DNA of 64,000 bases from Prevotella sp. CAG:279 (GTDB lineage: Bacteria > Bacillota > Clostridia > Lachnospirales > Lachnospiraceae): positions 18,068 through 82,067 of the forward strand of contig CAVHPN010000006.1 in assembly GCA_963637995.1 (NCBI GenBank), in the 5' to 3' direction. Below are positions 57,693-64,000 of this stretch, piece by piece. The notes beneath the pieces were generated by a model that saw only the letters and a list, made by a program, of their open reading frames with translations, did not search any database and had not been told where the DNA came from. The first letter of the stretch is position 1, and each line of letters opens with the position of its first letter. The translations under genes and the position numbers were made by a program.

Positions 57693-58841
57693 ATGAAAAA
57701 AATAACTGAAAAAAAAACAGGAACAATGGAAACACTCGAAGATTTCAGAAACTGGGATCTTAACAGACTTGAAAGAGAATATGCCGGGCTTACGGCCAAA
57801 ATTACACCATTTGATATGAACATGCACAATGAAGCATTGAATCATTGGAGTCATATAGCCAAGCCGCTCGGAAGTCTGGGAGTAATGGAAGGAAATATTG
57901 CAAAAATATCAGCAGCTCAGGGAAAATTGATTCCGGATATATCAAAGCGAGCGCTGATTATTTTTGGTGCCGACAACGGTGTTATCGAGGAAGGCGTATC
58001 ACAGACAGGACAGGATGTCACTGCTGCTGTCATGCAGAATATAACATATGGACGAAGCTGTTCATGTCTCATGGCAAGGCACGCGGGAGCGGATGTGTTT
58101 CCTATAGATATCGGTGTCGCCTGTGATATGAATCATACCGGTAGGATGCACCCGCTTACTGTGCGCAAAATTCGCCAGGGTACCTCTAATTTTACAAAAA
58201 AATGTTCTATGTCTCATCGTGAAGTGCTGATTTCAATTCTAACCGGTATCGATTCTGTCAGAGTTCTTAAAGAACAGGCTTATCAGATGATGGCAGTTGG
58301 AGAGATGGGTATAGGAAATACAACAACAAGCAGTGCCGTGGCATCAGTAATACTGGGCAAGGAGCCGTCTGAGGTAACCGGAAAGGGAGCCGGTCTTGAC
58401 AGTGCCGGCCTGAACCGAAAAACCGATGCTATAAGACGCGCAATTGCACTTCATAACCCGAATCAAGATAATGGCCTTGAACTGTTGGAAAAAATCGGTG
58501 GTTTTGACCTGGCAGCCATGACAGGGGCTTTTCTTGGAGCTTCCATATATCATATTCCGGTTATCATAGACGGTTTTATTGCCGAAACCGCTGCAGCGGT
58601 TGCAAAAATAATAGCGAAACCGGCAGTCGATTATATGTTGGCATCACATGTTTCGGCTGAGCCTGCTGCCGGCTGGCTTCTGTCATATTTAGGGTTAACT
58701 CCGGCTGTAAGTGCCGGATTGCGACTTGGTGAAGGCACGGGCGCTCTGACATTATTCCCCATGCTTGACATGGCACTTTCTGTTTATCGTGATATGGATA
58801 CATTTTCAGAAATGAATATCGAAGCCTATAAACCATTATAA
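57693..58841 (+). CDS. cobT: Nicotinate-nucleotide-DMB phosphoribosyltransferase
   Basis: KPLGSLG, ADNGV, GEMGIGNTT, IDGFI and RLGEGTG motifs; exact start uncertain. Confidence 0.93.
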   Translation: MKKITEKKTGTMETLEDFRNWDLNRLEREYAGLTAKITPFDMNMHNEALNHWSHIAKPLGSLGVMEGNIAKISAAQGKLIPDISKRALIIFGADNGVIEEGVSQTGQDVTAAVMQNITYGRSCSCLMARHAGADVFPIDIGVACDMNHTGRMHPLTVRKIRQGTSNFTKKCSMSHREVLISILTGIDSVRVLKEQAYQMMAVGEMGIGNTTTSSAVASVILGKEPSEVTGKGAGLDSAGLNRKTDAIRRAIALHNPNQDNGLELLEKIGGFDLAAMTGAFLGASIYHIPVIIDGFIAETAAAVAKIIAKPAVDYMLASHVSAEPAAGWLLSYLGLTPAVSAGLRLGEGTGALTLFPMLDMALSVYRDMDTFSEMNIEAYKPL

Positions 58842-58865
58842 AAGCATTAAAAGGGATGATTAAAT

Positions 58866-59432
58866 ATGTTATATCTGATAACCGGCGGAAGCGGGAGCGG
58901 CAAATCCGAATATGCAGAAAATATTGCCGCACGATGTCATAATATTTCCGGTGAAAGGCTCATTTATCTGGCAACAATGCGTGTCTGGGACGATGAAGGA
59001 GAACAAAGGGTAAAACGACATAGGCAGATGCGATTAGCAAAAGGATTTGATACAATTGAACGCTATACTGACCTTAAGTCATTGACTGTAATGCCAAATG
59101 ATGAAAAATTCATGAATAATCAGGAAAAACCGATAATTCTCCTTGAATGTATGTCTAATCTTGTATTAAATGAATTTTACACTCTGGAAGAAGGAACAGT
59201 GCAGCGCATTACAGCCGGGATAAAACACTTGCAAAATCAGTGCCGGGATCTTATCATTGTAACAAATGAAATTTTTTCCGACGGCATGACTTATGATCCT
59301 GAATCAGAAAGATATATAAAGATTTTGGGACAAATCAATATCGAGCTTGGACGGATGGCTGATTATGTGACAGAAGTCGTATACGGAATTCCGATTATAA
59401 TCCGGACACCGGACAACCGTAATCAGCAATAA
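58866..59432 (+). CDS. cobU: Adenosylcobinamide kinase / guanylyltransferase
   Basis: GGSGSGKSEYAE, YLATM and RVKRHR motifs. Confidence 0.9.
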   Translation: MLYLITGGSGSGKSEYAENIAARCHNISGERLIYLATMRVWDDEGEQRVKRHRQMRLAKGFDTIERYTDLKSLTVMPNDEKFMNNQEKPIILLECMSNLVLNEFYTLEEGTVQRITAGIKHLQNQCRDLIIVTNEIFSDGMTYDPESERYIKILGQINIELGRMADYVTEVVYGIPIIIRTPDNRNQQ

Positions 59433-59453
59433 CGCATTAAGGGGGAATACAGC

Positions 59454-60215
59454 ATGAATATACTGGGAAGCTTTATCATATCCTTTTCCATGTATTCGCG
59501 AATCCCTATGCCGCGAATTGACTGGACCTCTAAGCGGATGAAATATGCACTATGTTTTTTCCCTTTAATCGGCGTAGTGATTGGAGCAATGGATATTGTA
59601 GCCTATTACATTTGTGAACTACTTAACTGCGGTGAGATATTTCGGACTTTTTTTCTTACGTCAATACCTCTGCTAATTACCGGAGGTATACATATGGATG
59701 GATATCTCGATGTCACAGATGCACGTCATTCATACGGAGAACGCGAGAAAAAACTGGAAATTTTAAAGGATCCGCACACAGGTGCTTTCGCTATTATCGG
59801 TCTGGGATTGTATCTGCTTCTCTATGCCGGAGCGGTTTCCGAACTTGTGACAAACGATATCGTCCTTTTGCCCTGCGCATTAATGCTTGAACGCGCATTA
59901 AGCGGATACTCGGTTGTAGCATTTCCGAAGGCAAAAAAAGACGGTCTTGCTGCAGAATTTTCAAAAAAAGCTGAAACAAAAACTGTGCAAATCTGCATGA
60001 TTGTTTTCGCGATAATCGCAATCATAGGGATGATCATGGCCGAACCGGTTCGCGGCGCTGCGACATCAGCAGCGGCAATCATAACCTTTGTGTGCTATTA
60101 TCATTTTGCTATCAGAGAATTTGGTGGAATGAACGGTGATCTGGCCGGTCATTTCCTGCAAAGCTGTGAAAGAAATATGATAATAATGCTCGCAATTATG
60201 AGGATTACTTTTTGA
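59454..60215 (+). CDS. cobS: Cobalamin-5'-phosphate synthase
   Basis: SRIP, TGGIHMDGYLDVTD, ILKDPHTGAF and FGGMNGD motifs. Confidence 0.93.
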   Translation: MNILGSFIISFSMYSRIPMPRIDWTSKRMKYALCFFPLIGVVIGAMDIVAYYICELLNCGEIFRTFFLTSIPLLITGGIHMDGYLDVTDARHSYGEREKKLEILKDPHTGAFAIIGLGLYLLLYAGAVSELVTNDIVLLPCALMLERALSGYSVVAFPKAKKDGLAAEFSKKAETKTVQICMIVFAIIAIIGMIMAEPVRGAATSAAAIITFVCYYHFAIREFGGMNGDLAGHFLQSCERNMIIMLAIMRITF

Positions 60216-60234
60216 CTTTATGAGGATATTTAAA

Positions 60235-60639
60235 ATGATTTTTGTTATAGGCGGACGTGGGCAGGGAAAAACTGCATATGCTGTTGAATTGTGGAAAAAG
60301 AAATATGAACAAAAAAATACTGAGCTTATGTGCATAGTTGACGGACAGTCTGAATCTGACAAAGAGGCAATGATGCGGGCAGGTCTTATCACTCATTTTG
60401 AACTCATCATAAAGAGGGAAATGGAAGCCAAACGTGATCCGTATGAATTGGCTGACCGGTTGATAAAGAATAATCCGCAGGCTATCATAACGGCAGATGA
60501 AATTGGCTGCGGCATTGTGCCTTTGGATGCATTCGAGAGAAATTACAGGGAAACTGACGGTCGTGTATGCCAGAAGATTGCCGCATATTCAGAAGAAGTA
60601 TACAGAGTTATCTGTGGTTTGGGAATGCGTATCAAGTAG
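60235..60639 (+). CDS. Short CobU-family paralog
   Basis: P-loop GGRGQGKT; C-terminal DEIGCGIVP...R.YRE..GR; ATG 60235 after GAGGA. Confidence 0.8.
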   Translation: MIFVIGGRGQGKTAYAVELWKKKYEQKNTELMCIVDGQSESDKEAMMRAGLITHFELIIKREMEAKRDPYELADRLIKNNPQAIITADEIGCGIVPLDAFERNYRETDGRVCQKIAAYSEEVYRVICGLGMRIK

Positions 60640-60676
60640 ATTGATTTAAAGATTTTAACTTGCGGGAGAGAATGAA

Positions 60677-61708
60677 ATGGCTTCACTCATTGGAGTACTG
60701 ATGGAAAAGAATCATATATACATCTGCGGATATCATCTTTTAGCGATTGTCATCGGTTATATTCTCGATTTATATATCGGAGATCCACATTCATTTCCAC
60801 ATCCGGTACGTATGATCGGTAATCTGATCTCCTGGCTTGAAAAAATTCTTCATCCCGCGAACAAAAAGGCTGATGAAAGAAAAGAGCAGTTTGCCGGTGC
60901 TATTCTTGTATGTCTTGTTCTTAGTATTACAGGTTTTACTGCGGGAGCGATTATATTTATATCTCATATGGTTGGGCCGAAAATTCAAATGATAGTCGAG
61001 GCAGTCATGATATATTACCTTTTGGCTGCCCGCTCATTGAAAGATGAAAGCATGGCTGTATTTGACAGGCTTTCAGCAAATGATACGGAAGGCGCACGCC
61101 GTGCCGTATCAATGATAGTCGGCCGCGATACGGAATCTCTTTCTATGGACGGAATCACGCGGGCAGCGGTTGAGACAGTCGCTGAAAATGCATCTGACGG
61201 GGTGATTGCACCACTTTTTTATCTGGCCGTCGGCGGGCCTTTGCTTGGCTGGCTTTATAAGTCTGTAAATACCATGGATTCCATGGTTGGATACAAAAAT
61301 GAACGATACCTGCACTTCGGACGTACTGCAGCTAAATTGGATGATCTGGTTAATCTGATTCCCTCACGGCTTGCGGCGCTTTTGCTGATACTATCATCAT
61401 ATTTATTGAAATATGATTGGAAAAATGCTTACAGAATCTGGGTCAGGGATCGTCGCAATCACAAAAGTCCGAATTCAGCTCAGACAGAATCGGCCTGTGC
61501 GGGAGCCTTGGGTCTTCGTCTCGCAGGAGATGCCTATTACTTTGGAAAACTGGTTTCTAAACCATACATAGGCGACGAGCTCCGCAAGATCGAGCCGCAG
61601 GATATATGCAGAGTCAACAGACTCATGTACTGCTCAGCGGCAATTATGGGAGTTCTCACACTGATAATTCGTTTTATAATATTATCATACATAGTCATCA
61701 AAGTCTGA
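60677..61708 (+). CDS. cbiB: Adenosylcobinamide-phosphate synthase
   Basis: GDP..FPHPV, IVGRDT, ENASDG..AP, NTMDSMVGY and SPNS motifs. Confidence 0.94.
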   Translation: MASLIGVLMEKNHIYICGYHLLAIVIGYILDLYIGDPHSFPHPVRMIGNLISWLEKILHPANKKADERKEQFAGAILVCLVLSITGFTAGAIIFISHMVGPKIQMIVEAVMIYYLLAARSLKDESMAVFDRLSANDTEGARRAVSMIVGRDTESLSMDGITRAAVETVAENASDGVIAPLFYLAVGGPLLGWLYKSVNTMDSMVGYKNERYLHFGRTAAKLDDLVNLIPSRLAALLLILSSYLLKYDWKNAYRIWVRDRRNHKSPNSAQTESACAGALGLRLAGDAYYFGKLVSKPYIGDELRKIEPQDICRVNRLMYCSAAIMGVLTLIIRFIILSYIVIKV

Positions 61709-61746
61709 GGCTTTTGCTACCGACATCATAACAGGAGGATGAAAAT

Positions 61747-62889
61747 ATGTCATATTCGCATGGTGGGGATATTTACGGTGAAAATAATATAAAACTGGAT
61801 TTTTCAGTAAATACAAACTGCCTTGGGATGCCTGAAACAATACGAAATGCCGTAATTTCATCAATTGAAACCTGGGAACAGTATCCGGACCCTCTGTGTC
61901 GTAAAATTTCTGATGCCGCAGAGATATTTTACAGATCTGACGGCACACCGTTTCCTAAGGAATGGCTGGTATTTGGAAACGGTGCATCTGATATTCTCTA
62001 TTCACTTGTTATGGCAATTCATCCTGATAAGGCATTCTTACTAACACCGGGATTTTCCGAATACGAAAAAGCACTGAAAATGAGCGATTGTGAAATTAAG
62101 CGATTCTATTTGGAAGAGAAGAATAGTTTTTATGCAGATAAGATTATTGAACAAATCATCGAAAATCCTGATTTTATGTCCTGTGATAAAAATTATACTC
62201 AAATAATGATCCTTGGAAATCCAAACAATCCGACAGGACATGCCATATCGGCAGCATTGATGGAAAAACTGGCCGCGGTATGTCAAAAAAATCACACCTG
62301 GCTTATTATAGATGAATGTTTTCAGTGGTTCCTGGATGACAGAAAAAATTCTTCATTTGTTTCAAAATTAACGGATAAATTTACAAATGTAATTATAATC
62401 AATGCGCTTACAAAGATATGTTCCATGGCAGGACTGCGCTTGGGATATGGTATCATTCCAAATGAAAAGCTGCGTCATAATTTGGAGAACTTCCGTCAGC
62501 CCTGGAGTGTCTCTGCCCCGGCTGAAAACGGCGGTGCGGCGGCTTTTCTTGAACTTGCAAACCACATTAGTGATAATTTTCTTAAAAAGACAACTGATCA
62601 TTTAAAAATCGAACGTCCGTGGCTTAAAGAACAGCTTGAAAAATTAGGATTTATCGTTTATCCGTCCGAAACAAATTTTCTCTTGTTTCGATCTCCTGAT
62701 GATGACGCTACTGACTATAAAGAAGTATGTCTTAGAAACGAAATTTTGATTCGTTCCTGCAATAATTTTGTCGGACTCGACAATCATTACTACAGGGTAG
62801 CAGTAAAAAAAAGACTAGAAAATGAAATTTTAATAACCACATTAAAACGCTTTAGAAATAAAGGAGAGTCTTTACATTGGCAAAAGTAA
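61747..62889 (+). CDS. cobD: L-threonine-O-3-phosphate decarboxylase
   Basis: HGGDIY, DFSVNTN, GNGA, NPNNPTG, IDECF and [10 protein letters not shown] motifs; cobamide operon context. Confidence 0.88.
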   Translation: MSYSHGGDIYGENNIKLDFSVNTNCLGMPETIRNAVISSIETWEQYPDPLCRKISDAAEIFYRSDGTPFPKEWLVFGNGASDILYSLVMAIHPDKAFLLTPGFSEYEKALKMSDCEIKRFYLEEKNSFYADKIIEQIIENPDFMSCDKNYTQIMILGNPNNPTGHAISAALMEKLAAVCQKNHTWLIIDECFQWFLDDRKNSSFVSKLTDKFTNVIIINALTKICSMAGLRLGYGIIPNEKLRHNLENFRQPWSVSAPAENGGAAAFLELANHISDNFLKKTTDHLKIERPWLKEQLEKLGFIVYPSETNFLLFRSPDDDATDYKEVCLRNEILIRSCNNFVGLDNHYYRVAVKKRLENEILITTLKRFRNKGESLHWQK

Positions 62890-64000
62890 TCATGATACAG
62901 GGAACTATGTCAAATGCCGGAAAAAGTCTGCTGGCCGCCGGTCTATGCCGTATTTTTAAACAGGATGGATACCTTGTTGCACCGTTTAAATCTCAGAATA
63001 TGGCTTTAAATTCATACATCACAAGCGAAGGTCTGGAAATGGGACGCGCTCAGGTGGTACAGGCTCAGGCAGCAGGCTGCGAACCATCGGCAGATATGAA
63101 TCCGATTCTTCTGAAGCCCTCAAGCGATGTCGGTTCACAGGTTATAGTACACGGAATTCCCATCGGTACAATGCCTGCGAAGGAGTATTTTAAATACAAA
63201 AAAGAACTTATACCTGAAATCAAAAAATCATTTGAGCGACTGTCAGAGCAATACGATATTATTGTTATAGAGGGCGCCGGAAGCCCGGCGGAAATCAATC
63301 TCAAATCAGATGATATTGTCAATATGGGTATGGCAAAGATTGCAAAAGCGCCGGTTCTTCTGGCGGGAGACATTGACAGAGGTGGCGTATTTGCCCAGCT
63401 TTACGGCACAGTAGCACTTCTGGAGCCGGATGAGAAGTCTATGATAAAAGGCCTCATAATCAATAAATTCCGCGGTGATAAGACAATTCTTGATCCCGGA
63501 GTAGAACAGATAGAAAACCTGTGTAAGATTCCGGTGGTTGGTGTAATTCCGTACATGGATGTCGACATAGAAGATGAGGACAGCCTAAGCAGCAGACTTT
63601 CATCATCGCTCCGTAAACGAAAGCACAACATTTCTGCCGCAGCAGAAACCGAGACGGATAGTACTTTGCCGCAGCAGGATGATGATTTTCACTATATTGA
63701 AACCTGGGTCGATATTGCCGCGATTCGTTTTCCTCGTCTTTCCAATTTTACTGACCTTAATATTTTTGAGTCAATTCCGGGTGTATCCGTGCGTTATGTG
63801 AGCAGGTTATCTGAACTGGGCAGGCCTGATATGATTGTCCTTCCCGGTACAAAAAACACCATAGAGGATCTTCTCTGGATGCGCCAGAATGGTCTTGAAG
63901 CAGCCATTCTTAAGAAAACAGCTACCGGAATACCCATCTGGGGCATTTGCGGCGGATATCAGATGATGGGCGAGAAGTTGATCGATTTGGATGGAAACGA
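62877..64000 (+). CDS. cbiP: Cobyric acid synthase, 3'-truncated by the window edge (absent from the ORF track)
   Basis: TTG start after AAGGAG; translation gives [57 protein letters not shown] and GICGGYQM. Confidence 0.94.
   Translation, partial: MAKVIMIQGTMSNAGKSLLAAGLCRIFKQDGYLVAPFKSQNMALNSYITSEGLEMGRAQVVQAQAAGCEPSADMNPILLKPSSDVGSQVIVHGIPIGTMPAKEYFKYKKELIPEIKKSFERLSEQYDIIVIEGAGSPAEINLKSDDIVNMGMAKIAKAPVLLAGDIDRGGVFAQLYGTVALLEPDEKSMIKGLIINKFRGDKTILDPGVEQIENLCKIPVVGVIPYMDVDIEDEDSLSSRLSSSLRKRKHNISAAAETETDSTLPQQDDDFHYIETWVDIAAIRFPRLSNFTDLNIFESIPGVSVRYVSRLSELGRPDMIVLPGTKNTIEDLLWMRQNGLEAAILKKTATGIPIWGICGGYQMMGEKLIDLDGN

Noticed and set aside
22..63631. Many 60-190 aa antisense or alternate-frame ORFs in the track (for example 7912-8427, 17879-18430, 35406-35969, 44769-45323, 50659-51180)
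   Set aside because: They overlap well-supported genes and show no recognisable motifs; they are the expected shadow ORFs

Overview
Chromosomal window from a Firmicute, most likely Lachnospiraceae/Clostridiales (inferred from gene content and order). Almost all genes are on the + strand. In order: end of an anaerobic cobalamin operon (cbiF, cbiG, cbiH, a CbiJ-CbiE-CbiA triple fusion, cbiT, a Dus-family gene); a Na/Pi cotransporter with PhoP/PhoR-like genes and a Pho box; an amino-acid-type ABC transporter; two tandem 4xSH3b-NlpC/P60 hydrolases preceded by a 176-bp four-stem element; the housekeeping block ftsK-murE-murF-priA-def-fmt-(Zn peptidase)-rsmB-rlmN-stp-pknB-rsgA-rpe-thiN; a B6 salvage pair (ECF S component, pdxK); serS, rqcH, yicC-gmk-rpoZ-rimO-pgsA-cinA and ytfI/ytfJ-like genes; an accessory HssRS-like two-component system divergent from an MFP-RND operon carrying TWO TolC-like secreted proteins; and the late cobamide operon (cobT, cobU, cobS, a short CobU paralog, cbiB, cobD, cbiP). 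I saw no rRNA, tRNA, CRISPR, transposase or phage genes. Best candidate for an undescribed system: the HssRS-like-regulated RND/MFP/dual-TolC exporter in an apparent monoderm. All calls come from reading motifs by eye; no searches were run.
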